From NCBI GenBank assembly GCA_965287045.1, contig OZ336878.1, positions 33,418,001 through 33,482,000 of the forward strand: DNA of 64,000 nt, read 5' to 3'. Made by a program: the position numbers and the translations under genes. Positions 25,450 to 38,972 of the stretch are shown here, piece by piece. The notes under the pieces were generated by a model. The model was not told the origin of the DNA. It saw only the letters and a program-made list of their open reading frames with translations, and did no database searches. Source of the DNA: Carcharhinus amblyrhynchos. Its lineage: Eukaryota. Each line of letters begins with the position of its first letter. Position 1 is the stretch's first letter.

Positions 25450-25860
25450 AAACAATAACAATTTGCATTTATATAGCACCTCTTAAAATGTAGTAAAACA
25501 TCCCAAAGCACTTCACAAGAGTATTATCAAACCCATTTGATATCAAGGGATGTTAGTGGATATCAAAATTTTGGTAAGAGAGCTGGTTTGAGGGAGCATT
25601 TGAAAGGAAAGAGGAGTTTAAGGAGGGAATTCCAAAGCTTCAGCCCTTGACAGCTGAAAGCACAGCTGCCAAAGAGAAGCAATTCAAATCAGAAATGCTC
25701 AAGTGGCCAGAATTGGAGGAGAGTAGATACCTTGGATTGCATGACTGGAGATGAGAGCGATCGGGCAGGGACAAGGTTATGGAAGGATTTGAAAGCAAGG
25801 ATGAGAATTTTAAAATCACAGCTTTGCTTAGCCCAGAACCATCGTAGGTCAGTGAGCACA
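25450..25860 (-). mobile_element. L2 LINE 3' end
   Basis: Begins aacaataacaatttgcatttatatagcacc (reverse complement of the L2 terminus). Minus-strand translation includes FKILILAFKSFHNL. Confidence 0.75.
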
Positions 25861-26168
25861 GGGACACAGTGACACAATGATTAGCACTGCTGCCTCACAG
25901 CACCAGGGACCCAGGTTCGATTCCCAGGTTGGGTCACTGTCTGCGCGGAGTCCCCACATGCTTCCTATGTCTGCATCAGTTTCCTCCGGGTGCTCCGATT
26001 TCCTCCCACAGTCCAAAAGATGTGCTGGTTAGGTGCATTAGTCATGCTAAACTCTCCCACAATGTACCTGAACAGGTGCTGGAGTGTGTCGACAAGGGGG
26101 TTTTCACAGTAACTTCATTGCAGTGTTAATGTAAGCCTACTTGTGACGCTAAGAAATAAACTTTAAAC
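25860..26168 (+). mobile_element. HE1/V-SINE (tail type b)
   Basis: Full head, V-domain and tail ending aaataaactttaaac. Confidence 0.9.
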
Positions 26169-26904
26169 AATGAGCGAACAAAGCTTGGTGTGAGCTCGGA
26201 TAATAAGATAGATTGCCAGAGCATGGACAGAAAATGATTTATCCTATCTGAAACACATTTTATTCAATTTGTAGTTCTCTTTAGAGTATCTGCATATCGG
26301 TGTCCTTCTCTTTCTTTGTGTGCCTCTCTGTGACAGACTTTAGTATCTATTATAATCAGTCCAGTCACATCCTGGCCTGAAGCCAATTTATCTGGCAATC
26401 TTTAAAGGCAATCTAATGAAAATCAGATTTTTCCCAATTGAATCCAAACGCATAATTCACAGACAGCACTAAAGTTTCACCCTGTCCACATCATTTCTTT
26501 TTGTCCTATTTCCCAATCTCCATATTTTCTGGAGGGAAGTATCTGTTGCCAATCAAAACAAATTGCAAGGGACTAGCGTTTTTACTACATCAGTGTTTCT
26601 GTTTGTTTTATCAAGTGAAAAATTAAATATACTCTTTATCATGAACAATGAAGAATACTGGGGGCAGAATTGGATAGCCCCTGAAAATGGGTATAAGATA
26701 CACAATTAACTTCTGCCCATTCCTCCTGTAATGCTGTCTGCTACTTTACATTTAGGTGCGTCAGCCCAGTGCTAAATGCACTGAGTGGTTGGCTATATGC
26801 CTTAGCAGGGGTTGAAGTTCATACAAAGACTTGAAGAGTTATGTTGTTCTCCTCAAAGTCAACCTGTAACTCTTAAAGGGGAGATGCATTCTGGCTGGAG
26901 TGAA

Positions 26905-27200
26905 CAAACAATAAAGAAAATTATAGCACAGGAACAGACCTTTCGGCCCTCCAAGCGTGCACCTACCATGCTGCCTGACTTAACTAAAACCCCCTACCCT
27001 TCCGGGAACCATATCGCTCTTATTCCCATCTCACTCATGTACTTGTCAAGATGCCCCTTAAAAGTCACTATCGTATCCGCTTCCACTACTTCCCCAGTAA
27101 TGAGTTCCAGGCATCCACCACTCTCTGTGTAAAAAGTCTGCCTCATACATCTCTTTTAAACCTTGCCCCTCGTACCTTAAACATATGCCCTCTAGTAATT
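26905..27200 (-). mobile_element. CR1 LINE 3' end
   Basis: tatagcacaggaacagacctttcggccctccaagc...ccaccactctctgtgtaaaaagt. Confidence 0.75.
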
Positions 27201-27328
27201 GCTGTGGGAGCTGGAAGTGGCTGGGTAAGGCACTATGAGCATGAAGAACATTGACTAACAGTGCAATTTTATGTTGAGCATTCTTCCAAAGTTCTCAGAC
27301 GCTGCAGTGGAGACCCTGCTGCACAAGG

Positions 27329-27667
27329 TCATAGAATCTCTACAGTGCAGAATGAAGCCATTCGGCCCATTGAATTTGCATTGATTCTTCAACAGACGGT
27401 ACCACCCAGGCACTTTCCCACAACCCCACATGTTTACCCTGCTAATTCCCCTAACCTACATCTCTTGGGATACTAAGGAGCAATTTAGTGTGGCCAATCC
27501 ACCTAACCTGCATATCTTTGGATTGTGGGAGGAGACCGGGGCAGCTGGAGGAAACCCACACGGACATGGGGAGAACATGCAAACTCCACACAGACAGTCA
27601 CCCAAGGTCAGAATTGAATCCAGGTTCCTGGCACAGTGAGGCAGCATTGCTAACCACTGTGCCACCC
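27329..27667 (-). mobile_element. HE1/V-SINE (tail type a), inserted into the Harbinger Myb domain
   Basis: catagaatctctacagtgcag tail through to gctaaccactgtgccacc head. Confidence 0.9.
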
Positions 27668-30171
27668 ATTGGGACGACCAGGAGAAGAGATGCACTCAGT
27701 CCATAGGTGTCCAAGAGGTGTGCCAAACAAATTCAGAGAAGACAATGGGAGCATATAACCATCACAGTCAATGCAAGCAAAGATCTGGATGCAGTGCCCA
27801 AAGAAGTTTGATGGCCTCACATGAGTGATTAAGGTCAGCAAATTCATTCCTGAATGCCAAATCCTTAGAACGGAACTAAAAATGTATGACATTGCTCAAT
27901 TCATCACCAGTTCTCCACTTCCTCACCTCCCAACATTCTTTATCGGTCACAGCTCTCACCTCATAGTCATAAACCCAGCTCAGTCTCACACAATAGACAC
28001 GGGTGCAAACCTCACACCCACAACTCATTGTGAGCACACATTGTCAGATATTCAACCCTGGCAGGCACATTACCCACATATCACACTCACTGAGGCACAT
28101 TTTTCAGCACTGTGGTCAAGTAGACTCTGAGTGTCAGTAAAACAGGGAAAGTGAGGTGTAGGAACGTGTGTGGGAATTGGAGTTTGGCTCACAGGTAATT
28201 CAGTCTGATGAGGGGATCATGGACTCCACAGTCCATGTGTTAGTTGCCATCTCCCTCCCCTTTTAGTCCTTCATTCATGGTGGTTAGGGCATGGCATATT
28301 ATGACACGCTCTGCAAAGCTTCACCAGAACAATCCAGGCAGTAGGAGCATGTTTGAGCACCTCATTAATCTGCTCAATCACATCTGGTGTTTTTATTACA
28401 TACAAAATACCCTCATGCCCGTGGGTCTCCCACATTGAAGTTATCAGCCAAGTGGTCAGCAGATAACCCTCAATACCTAGCAGCCATCTTTGGGTTGCTG
28501 TGGTAGCTCAAATGCAAATCATCTAGTGGACAGTCACATGGCCACTGTTAGATACTGGGCATTCACATGCATAATGCATTGAGTATGGCCACATACGACT
28601 GGAATTCCTATTGATTGTGGTACATCTTAGAATTTGCACACGTGCCTGCAAAGTACCATGCAGGTAGTCAATGCACTCTGCACCGTGCAGAGGCTTGCAA
28701 TCCTGTGGAAGCCACCTGCTCACTCCACCTGCTTCTCTCTGCTGAGAGGGACTGAAATGTATTCAGCTCTCTTTGTATACAGAGCCTAAGTGGTTAATAC
28801 CAAAACAGAAAATGTTGGAAAATCTGACAGCATCCATGGAGAGAGAATAGAGCCAACGTTTCGAGTCTAGATGGCGGACTGGGAGAGGTGTGGCAAATAT
28901 TGCCCACTTCAGCCTGGAAGGGGCTGGATGCAAAATACCCCCCAGTCCCTGCGGTGCCCAATGGGCATGGAAGGCCTTGATGGTGCCCTCAGACTCTGCA
29001 TGCTCCCTCTCTCCAAGAGCACCCGGCCACAAATATAACGGGGTATAGGGACAGACAGTCGGGTCGGACGACCCCCTCAGTCACCCGCTTCCCGGTCCTG
29101 TTAACAGCATGTTTGGCTAGGCCCAGGAGCAGGTTATTACCTAGACAACTGGATCCTAGAGATGTAGTAACAAATATCCCATTCCCTATGACAAATGACA
29201 AGACGATTTGATCACTTTGGTTCCCATCTAAAAAAAAACTTTAATCTTATTACCCTGAACTTTAGTTACTGGTGATGTTGAATGGGTGCTATTACATCAC
29301 AGGAAGTTTTGGAGCACTCCCAGTTCCCAACATATCTGGCCTAGAGATCTCACTTGGCTAACCACCATGTTGGCCACGTACAGCTTTGTGCTGCCTCAGA
29401 CATTTTGCAGATGTTGCAGTGCAATCATTGACAAGCCAGATTGGATTTTTTTTAAAGTGCATTCCCCCCACCCCCCGCAAAACCAATTTCACTGCCTGAC
29501 GTGGTCACCAATAAAATATGATCCTCTGTTTATCAGATTGTACCAGAGATAATGAGGAATAACCGCTCTGTGACCTCGTTCTGTGGATCTCCTATTGGAC
29601 AATAACACAGCAAAATATTATGGAGAAGCTATTGCCCGTTCCTCACCTCACCAGCCTTCCCGGCAACAGCTGCGACATGCGGCCAAGCATTGTGAAGACC
29701 GTGTACTGAGAAAATGCGCAACTTAAAAATAAAACTTTTATTTTCTTAAAGTTTGTTTTTTTAAGCCAAATGGAGTGAGATGTGTGTTTCACTTCAAAGT
29801 TAGCTGCGGATCATTCACGTCAAGATAGCTATAAACAATTCATTTAGCTAGTTGCTGTTTGTAGCAGCTGGTGAATCACATTCATGTATGATTCACATCT
29901 TACTATTTAGAACACTTAGGATTTTCTTTCTTGCCAAATATTCTGTAATATATTATCCACACATTGAGGTTTTTTTTAATAAACTGATTTTTTTTTAAAT
30001 GGCTGTCTTTAGAGTAAAGACACTAAATAAATAGACATTGCTTTCATTTCTTAAATGTTACTAACTCCCAAAATGTTCAGAAGTGTGATTTGGTTTCCTC
30101 TTCAACATGACACTGATTTCTTTCGAATCGCGTATTGTTTGAACTCTTCCTAATGCAGGAAAAGCTAGAAG

Positions 30172-30385
30172 ATCTCCCCATGTTTGCATGGGTTTCCTTC
30201 GGGTGCTCTGGTTTCCTCCTACAGTCCAAAAGACATGCTAGCTAGGCGCATTGGCCATGCTAAATTCTCTCTCACTGTACCTGAACAGTCACCAGAGTGT
30301 GGCAACTAGGGGGTTTTCACATGAACTTCATTGCAGTGTTAATGTACGCCCATTTGTGACACTAATAAATAAACCTAAAACTTTA
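30172..30385 (+). mobile_element. 5'-truncated HE1/V-SINE (tail type b)
   Basis: V-domain and tail cttcattgcagtgttaatgta...actaataaataaacc. Confidence 0.85.
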
Positions 30386-30904
30386 GAATTATCAAGTCAA
30401 ATTAGAGGTTCGCATTCTATAGAGAATGGAAACCTTTCTTTATATGGGACTGGTAATCATTTACTTTCCACTACCTAAAAAAGCTACAGTTTTGAAGTGT
30501 GCATGTATTGAGCAAACCGCCTTCCAAGCCATTTTACCACATGTCTAAACAAACAACCACAACTTGTGAAGTGCCTTGTAATAAAAAGTTACAAGGCACT
30601 TCACAAGAACATAATAAAGCAAATTTTGACACTGAGCTCCATAAGTGATATTAGGACAGAAAGTCTAAGGTTGCTTAAAAGTTGTAAGGAGTGAGGGAAA
30701 GCGAAGTAGAGAGACAAAGAGCTACGGAGGGAATTTCAGAGCTTTGAGCATAGTCAGCTGAGGGCACAACAACCAATGTTAGAGCAAGTAAAATCAGGGA
30801 TACTGAAGAGGGCAAAATTAATTCAAGGAACTCAGATACCTTGGAGAGCTATGGGACTGAAGGAGATTGCAGAATTAAGGAAGTAAAATGTATCTATGAC
30901 TCAT

Positions 30905-31160
30905 AATGACTTACTGCAATGAAGTTACTGTGAAATTTCCCTAGTCGCCACTCGAGTATACAGAGAATTTAGCATAGCCAATGCATCTAACCATCAAATC
31001 TTTCGGACTGTGGGAGAAAACCAGAGCACTTGGAGGAATCACACGCAGACACAGGGAGAACATGTAAACTCCACACAAACAGTGACCAAAGCCAGGGATT
31101 GAACCCAGGCTTCTGGCACTGTGAAGCAGCAGTGCTAACCACTGTGCCACTGTGCTGCCA
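30905..31160 (-). mobile_element. HE1/V-SINE (tail type b) nested in L2
   Basis: Reverse-complement head gcagcagtgctaaccactgtgccac and V-domain. Confidence 0.88.
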
Positions 31161-32309
31161 ATTGGGCAAGGCCATGAAAGATTTGAGAGAAAGGTTTTAG
31201 AAGTAAGCTGTTATTTAACTGGGAACCACAGTCTGATTCAGCCTCAACGTTGCCAGCAAAAGGGAATCTTCGAGAGCTAATGGCTTTCATCTTCTTAAAG
31301 TTAATTACAGCAAATTTCTGCTCATCCAATACTGGATGTGGATAGCAATCTGATAATTTAGCAACAGGGAGAGGTGCAGGTGTGAGGTAGAGTTGAATAT
31401 CATCCATCTGCATATGAAACTTAACATTGTTTGTGGATGGTGTCACCAAGAGGCAGCAACTAGGTGAGAAATAGGAGAGGCAAAAGGATAGATCCTTGGG
31501 GAATGTACCAGAGGGATGAATGGGATGAGAAGCCATTGCAAGTGATACTCAGACTACAATATGATAGATGAGAAAAGATTCCAAAACAAGAATTACATTG
31601 AACTCAAAACATTAACTCTTGTTTCTCGCTCCACAAACCTACTGAGTTTTTCCAGCACTTTCCATTTTTATTTCAGATCTCCAGGATCCACAATATATTC
31701 CTTTTAGATAAGAGTGGAACCAGGTGAGCAAGTCCCATCCACGTGGAAAATGGGGGGAGACATTGGAAAAGGGGATTGAGGTCAATCTTGTAAAAGGCAG
31801 CAGACAGATTGAGGAGAGATAATTTACCTTCATCACAGTCATGTGAGGGTGTCATTTCTGACTTTGATTAAAAAAACATTTTGGTACTTTGACAGGTGCG
31901 GAGACCTGAAAGGAGAACTTCAAACATAAAGATCCGGGAATGGTGGGAATGGATTTGGCAATAATACGTTCAAGGATTTGGGAGGGAAAAGAATTGTTAG
32001 AGACAGGATGGAGCTTGCAAGGATAGTGGGGGCAGAGTATTGTTTATTTGAGGAGAGGGGTTATGGTGACTGATACAGAGGAGAGAGGCAGTATCCAGAG
32101 AAAGAAAACCACTAACAATATCAGATAACATAGCAACCGGAAAGGGAAGTTGTATGATTAGCATTTTAGTGGAAAAGGAGAACAGAAGGGGAGGTCTCAT
32201 GGACAAGATGGGCTGGAAGATGGCATGAGGGAACAAACAAGAGCATGACGTGAGTTTGGAGCTGGGTCAGGGAGAAACTTTAGAGGATTGGCCAAGTGTG
32301 CTAGAGGAA

Positions 32310-33019
32310 CATAAGAACATAAGAAATAGGAGCAGGAGTAGGCCATCTAGCCCTTCGAGCCTGCCCCGCCATTCAATAAGATCATGGCTGATCTGGCGTG
32401 GCTCAGTTCCACTTTCCCGCCCTCTCCCCATAACCCTTAATCCCCTCTCTTATCAAAGACCCATCAACCCGCTTCTTAAAAATATTTAGCGAGGCAGCCT
32501 CCACCACTTCAACGGGCAGAGAATTCCAGAGATTCACCACCCTTTGAGTGAAGAAGTTCCTCCTCAACTCCGTTCTAAACCGCCTCCCCTTTATCTTGAG
32601 GCTGTGCCCCCTAGTCCTACTGTCTTTTTTGAGCGGGAAGAGTCCCTCCACCTCTATCCTATCCATCCCATTCATCATCTTATACGTCTCAATGAGATCT
32701 CCCCTCATTCTTCTAAACTCTAACAAGTACAAGCCTAGTTTATTCAGCCTCTCCTCATAGCTCAACCCCCTCAACTCCGGTATCAGCCTAGTAAACCTCC
32801 TCTGCACTCCCTCCAAGGCCAAAATATCCTTGCGTAAGTGCAGCGACCAAAACTGCACACAGTACTCCAGCTGCGGCCTCACCAATGCCCTATACAGCTG
32901 CAGCAAGACCTCCCTACTTTTATATTCAATCCCCCTCGCTATGAAGGCCAGCATCCCATTCGCCTTCCTGACCACCTGCTGCACCTGCAAGCTGGGTTTT
33001 TGCGACTCATGCACAAGGA
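32310..33019 (-). mobile_element. Young 5'-truncated CR1 LINE with an intact ORF2 C-terminus
   Basis: Open frame VHESQKPSLQVQQVVRKANGMLAFIARGIEYKS...RPQLEYCVQFWS...FFTQRVVNLWNSLP to the stop at 32403. (TTCTTATG)n tail, retained CpGs, AGGAA at both flanks. Confidence 0.95.
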
Positions 33020-36000
33020 AGGGAGGCTGCAGGGGGGACAGCTGATTGGATAGTCTCAGTCTTGACAGCAAAGAAGTCCACTAGCTTGTGGAGGTAAGTC
33101 CATGTAGGATGAATTCTCATCCCAATGGTCAACATCGTCCAAAAAGTGTTAATTTTCACAAGTAGATTGGTGCCATCCAGCTTTACCTCATCTCCTGAGT
33201 CCGCCACTGTTGCTGGATTCTTGATTCACATGAGAAAGATCAGATTCTTGACACAAATGGCACATGGGAAACAGGTCACCTGTTATATTTTGCTTTCATA
33301 AAATATGCTGAATCCAAAGTTAGCATCACGGGATTGCAATTTAGATTTCGCTAACATGTCCCAAATCGGATAACCGGAGTTCAGAACTCCTCGCCAACCC
33401 AAATTCAAGTATATTGTGTCATCTGACATACTCCTCAAGAAACATGCGCGATAGTGAGAAGGCCATTTACCTCTTCATAATACTGCTGCACTCCTTCCCA
33501 TTTGCAGAGAGGTAAAAGAAGCTGGGTGACCAAGTGTTACCATCATCGGAAATCTCTCTCCTTGCGACTGACACCCGTGCTGATATTGGAGGGTGGCCTT
33601 CAGCTCCCAGTAGGTCACATTCCTTCTGGCTTCCTCCAATTTCTCAACACCAAATGGTGCTCATGGAACTCTATCATGCTGCTGTGTTGAAGAATTTCCC
33701 CTTTTGTGCCACAGCACACACAACTCCCACCTTCATACCAAGCTACAACTCTAACAGCTGCTGTCTCACACTCCTCAGCCAAGTGTCCGGCAGCCTGGAG
33801 GTCCCTGAGCAACATTTCCTGGGCATGTAGCTTATTCTAAAGATGAGTGGGTTGGGCAGGCTATTGCTAAATTCAGTGTTGTGCGCTGTCCTTGAAGCCC
33901 ATTTTTGTCTGAGAAACAAAGAGGTTTTAATGTAAACCTAACAGACAAACACTTCCCTGGCTGATAATTCTGCAAGGGAATAAGCCGAGTTTTAATTCAG
34001 GAAGCACTGTCTGAGCTATAACATGTTACAGACAATGGTATTGCCCAGAGGGGGGGAAATGCACCACTTTGTTTCCATTGTTGTAGAAAATGTGAGTTGA
34101 AAGCTATTGTTCAAAATGACACAGCCAAGACAGGTCAACTGAGGGTTCTCTGTAATACTTTTGTTTTATCCTCCCCTGTAAGCGAATCGTTATGCTACAC
34201 TAAAGTAGTATTACCAAAGTTGATAAATAACCTTGACAAGGTTGTAAGTAACTTTTTTTTAAAAAATGAACATTTATGTTCCTCCGTTACACTGCTCATG
34301 AGAAATCGTTCAATGAGAGTCATTCAGTAATTTCCAACTTCATGGTGTTTAAAATTATGCACAGCACAAGCCTGGATTACCAATATATGCTCTTGGTGGG
34401 TAAGGATCCTCAGCAGCAGTGCAAAGGCAGAAAATTACCCCTTATGATTCCTGGTTCTCCTCTTAGGTTAGGCAACTGGTTCCCTATTAGTCAGTTGCTC
34501 ACTTCAGATAAAGACAAAAGGAGGTTAAAATGGATAAGAGTCTGAAAATGGGATCATGATGCCTGAGTAATCTGCGCCCATACAAAGTAATGCTGGCATC
34601 TTGCCAACTTCATCCTGCCTGCTCCTTTGAATGATAGTTCTGTGCCGCCAGCACCAGCCACACTGTTCATTGGCTGTGCATATTCAGTGCCGAGCCTAAA
34701 ATCCTAACTAGCTGCAATCAGTTAGAGCTAGCCTGGCACTGCTTAAAGCTGGCAGGAACCTCTTAAAGAAGTGCATTGTGGCTAGAACAGGTGCGGACAG
34801 TTGTGGCAAATGGGAGCCAATAAAAAGTACACAAAATGGTGGAAAACCGGCTCCGTCCTTTTAGTGAAGATGGTGGAGAGGAAGAGAGGTGCACTGCATC
34901 TTGCAATGTAAGCAATGTTTCATTCCTCCATCTCCCCCCCACTTACCTTGTCACAACTTATCTTTGTGTCTTTTTTTTCAGATACCCAAAAGATACAACC
35001 TAGCCAGGCAGTGCAGGTCACAAAGGAGAGAGCAATGAATGAAGCACAGAACCATTGTTTAATTTCACACGTTCCCAGCCACCAGCTCGGATACTGACAT
35101 TATCTTATAGGACAGATATAAGTCAGAGAGCTCCCGCTGGACTCAGGACAGCCCAACCTGTGCACTTTTGCAGCTCGTAGACAACACGTCAGCCCCCTGT
35201 GTGACTTCACATGTCAGGTTTGTATTTTCACACAGGGGTCGAGTTTGCAGTGCTGTGCTGGAGCGTGAGAGGAGTGTGCTGTGGAGATAGGCAAGGCGGG
35301 AGGCCCGTCTCCATTTTTCAATGGAGTAACCAGTGTCTAAAGGCCCCCTAAACCTCACCCCTTGCATTCCTTACCCCCCAAAACAAACCCGCATGTCAGT
35401 CTGTGCCACCTCAAATCTCCCATGCCATTTCTATCCTGCAATGTATCCTGCATATCCCCTCAAATCACCACACCACATCACCTGTATTGCCCCACTTATC
35501 TTCCATGTCCTCTCAGATCATTGCGCCATCCCTATAATATCTATGTGTACCACATGACCTCTCAGATCATCCTGAACACTCAAAACCACCATAATATCTC
35601 CATCTATCTTCCATGCTGCCTCAGATCACCCATGACACTTCTATGCTCCACATGTATCTTCCACAGTCACTCATTCAATATGCAATACAAAGAGTCCTCA
35701 AATTTAATTTAGCATCAGTGGAAAATACTCTACATTTCTGTGTAGAAAATCTTCCCTCAACATCCAATAAAAGCCTCTATCAAACAGATATCATGACATG
35801 GTGGGGAAAATGCATTCTACCATGTGAAAAAATACTTGGGCATTTCTGTAATCCTTCTGGTTTGTGTCAAGAAATCAGAAACCACATCAAAGGAAGAATC
35901 ATTCATGAGAACTTCACATGTTTTCAGATGAATAGAACATCTGCACACAAACCCATTTGCAATTGAAACTCAGCCAAGCATTCAAAATAGCCACAGCTGT

Positions 36001-36719
36001 CCAAACAATAGTCTGCTTTCTGGGCATGAAAGAACAGAGAGTGCTCATTTCGATTCCAAGCAAACTGTCAGTCAATTAACGTTGGGACACAGGTTTCATA
36101 GAGTATGAAAAACTTTCTTTAAATAAACCAGGGTCATTTAAATCACAGCTGAAAAAAAACACGAATTTATGGGTCACTGTGTTACATTTTTCAATGCATT
36201 TTTTTCGATTGGAAAAGCACTGTAATGCAGTTGAACAAATAGACAAAACTGGCCAACGTAAAGGTCAATTTACCTTTAAATGACAGATTGATCACTACAT
36301 TAAAAACACTTCTACATTACAACACAGCACCTAATTTGTAGGTGTGAAAACACTTTACACTTACCTCTCAGAATGTTCCTGACTCCTCAGTAGGCTATTT
36401 GCTTCATGAACTCTCAAATCTGGTGCAGGTTTAATGGACTTCCAACATCCCTTACTCCCCAGATGAAAATTCAGGAGGCAATCAAATATTTGTTCCCCCA
36501 TCTAAAATGGGGGTCCTGACTTCAGCAGGGGTGGGTGTGCGTCTTGTATATTCAGGGATTCCCAACCCACAAAATGCTCAGAAGAAAATTGTGTGGTGTC
36601 TGGAATGCAGAGGGAAATCAGATTTCCTCCAAAAAATTACGAAGTGTGGCCATCCATGCGTCGAAACGTGGCTCTGCACCCAGACAATAATTCAGCCCAC
36701 AATCTGAAATGAGTCGATT

Positions 36720-37650
36720 CATTGGGCACAAGGGCAGCTGAAGCCCACGTGTGGGCAAGGATTAATGGAAGTGTCAGTTCTCCAGGGGGCTAGGCCACAT
36801 ATAGATCCCACTGCAGAAAACTCAGATAAGCTCTTCAATAGAACAGCTTTCAGAAGAATGTTGAAGGAGATGTGAAACAATATGGTTGCTGCATGGAAGC
36901 CTGCCATGAAGCTTGGAGTCAATGTCAAGGAGCATGGAGGACTCCAACACCAACCTGAGATAACGTTTTATGTTGTGCTCAGAGCCCTTACTTTCCAAGT
37001 GCTGGTCAATTCCAGCTGCACAGTTGCGCAACCATGCAGCATTTGATGACTAATATCGCAGCTTACACTGTAGCTCAAGAGTGGTCATCCAAAATCAGAG
37101 TGCTGCAGTGGACTGTCAGACTGCCATTATACAAGCTCACACTGCCATCACGGCCGTGGATTACAGTGTGTTTGCGATGTGTTATAGCGATCCAGTATCC
37201 GTCATCTAATACATTGCTAGGATTACTGAGATATCTCCCCAGGGGAATGGCAATGGCTCCATGGAGTATCCCTGTCACTCTGCCAGGAGCTTTGCTAATC
37301 CCAGTAAACCCACAGTACTATTATTCTTGCTGAGATGGTGCCATTTGCAAGCAGGCCTTAAGAACCCAGAGCCATTTTCCAAGGCCGTCTGCAGTCTCCT
37401 GCAGTGAAATTCATGAGAACTACATCAACCCTGATTCAGGAGCTGATGATGTTACCTTCTCCTTTCCCTTCCTCTTCCCCCTTGCTTCTCAGCTGCTTGC
37501 GGTATAGCTGGTGCTAAAGATTGTGCCTTCGTGTTGGCAAGGTCATGCAGTGTGCAGCAGGCCACCTCACATCGTGATACCCACTCTGGCAAGTACTGCA
37601 CGACTCCTCCAGAGGCGTCCAGGCAACAAACCCACTCAAGCACACAAATA
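36720..37650. mobile_element. Harbinger transposon remnant (transposase C-terminus on - at about 37450-37640)
   Basis: CLDASGGVVQYLPEWVSRCEVACCTLHD matches the HARBI1-type CLDRSGGALQYSP..VS....ACC.LHN motif. Attribution of 36720-37350 to the partner gene is less certain. Confidence 0.6.
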
Positions 37651-38972
37651 ATCTATTCTATCACATCTGGCGGGGCAACTTAGCTTTCATTGATCGTACA
37701 CTGTGCAAACAGCTGCTGACAAACTCAATCTCTCATTGGAGCGGGTAGATTTTGACTTTGCATGATCGTATAAAATGGATCATAGCCAATTGGCCACCCG
37801 TTTTATATTTTCCCTGATTTCTGTTGACTGCAATAGAAATAAGAAAAACAGGAAAGACACAAATCAGGCTACTCTTGACCCACAAAACACCATGCTACTT
37901 CAATGTGTTTTTTAAATGGAACGTCAAATTGAAAAAAGAATTGCATTTCAGGCAAAGGGTCTGAAAAAACTTTTTCAGCTTGAATGTTGCCTCCTGCTGG
38001 ACAAGCATAGAATGGGATTCTGACAGTGAAGGGGAAGGAAGTGCACAGTCCTGCCATCACTGCTGGAGGGAATTGTTTGATAGTTTTGCCAAAGAGCAAG
38101 AGAAAGAAATGCTGCTTCAGAATCGCCTGTCGCAGACAAGTGGAGTGATGTCAATTCCGTAATATCCCCCACAGATGTGTAAGGTTTGACAGCGTAACAT
38201 TCAAATGGATAATAAGCCAGTACTTATGCAGGTTATATTATCTGCACATGGTCTTTGCAATTTTCTGGACCTGGGAGATCTCACTAAGCGAATTATATCT
38301 CATCATCAGGCAACAGTTTACCCAAAAGACCACAGGTGCGTGTGTAGTCCACCACGGACTTAATTGAGAACATACAGGACCCTAATGAGGGCCAAAAATT
38401 TACAGCAACATCTCAAATGTCAGAGGAATTGGAACGCTGTAATTCACCACAGCTGGAATAAAATTGGAGTTTCAGTCTCAGAACTCAAAGGACCCATTTA
38501 CAGCAGTGATATGTTTTTAATAAACGCTACATAAACATGTTATAGCTTTTTTGTGAATTGTTATAAATGCTTTTCGGCTTAAAAACATTTATCCTGTAGT
38601 GCTCTTGTTGTTTATAACATCTTTGTTCCTCTGGCTGAGTGTCTCATTACCGTTACTTAATTTTCTTTATAGATTCTACTTCTGTCAAAGCTTTACATTC
38701 TCCATAGCAACCCTGTGGGCCTCCGAGGTCTCAATTATTTATCGGTTTCCAAATGGGATCAGCAGCAGCCTTCAGAAAAGTTCTTGTTGCTTCTTTAGAA
38801 TAAAATTAAGGAGCAAAATTACCCCCGTGTCCCTTATACTTAAAAATAAAATGCGTTTTGCCATTGGAAAAATTTGGTTTGTGCATTTTTGAATATAATG
38901 CAAATTGATCATCTTTTGTTTTATGGATGAGAGTCATAATTTACTGAGATGTCAGACTATTTTACACCATAT

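Larger units (their letters stand above)
26660..28750. mobile_element. Degraded Harbinger/PIF DNA transposon: Myb/SANT gene remnant on +, transposase remnant on -, with nested CR1 and SINE
   Basis: Plus strand: PKFSDAAVETLLHKV [SINE] RRRDALSP ... IWMQCPKKFDGLT*VIK. Minus strand: IDYLHGTLQA (compare IDCTHVA), WLLG..GYLLTTWLIT and CLDCSGEALQ. Confidence 0.7.
30550..33210 (-). mobile_element. Old L2 LINE (RT remnant to 3' end) carrying three nested insertions
   Basis: Minus-strand FHMQMDDIQLYL (compare YADDTQLYL) and LLNLSAAFYKID (compare LLDLSAAFDTVD). L2 terminus near 30550. Confidence 0.75.

Noticed and set aside
25860-25935. tRNA-like A/B boxes at SINE heads as tRNA genes
   Set aside because: They continue directly into the V-SINE body, so they are SINE promoters and not tRNA genes.
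33020-33071. N-terminal part of the 222-aa ORF as a gene start
   Set aside because: It is L2 flank read through into the truncated CR1, not a real start codon or host gene.
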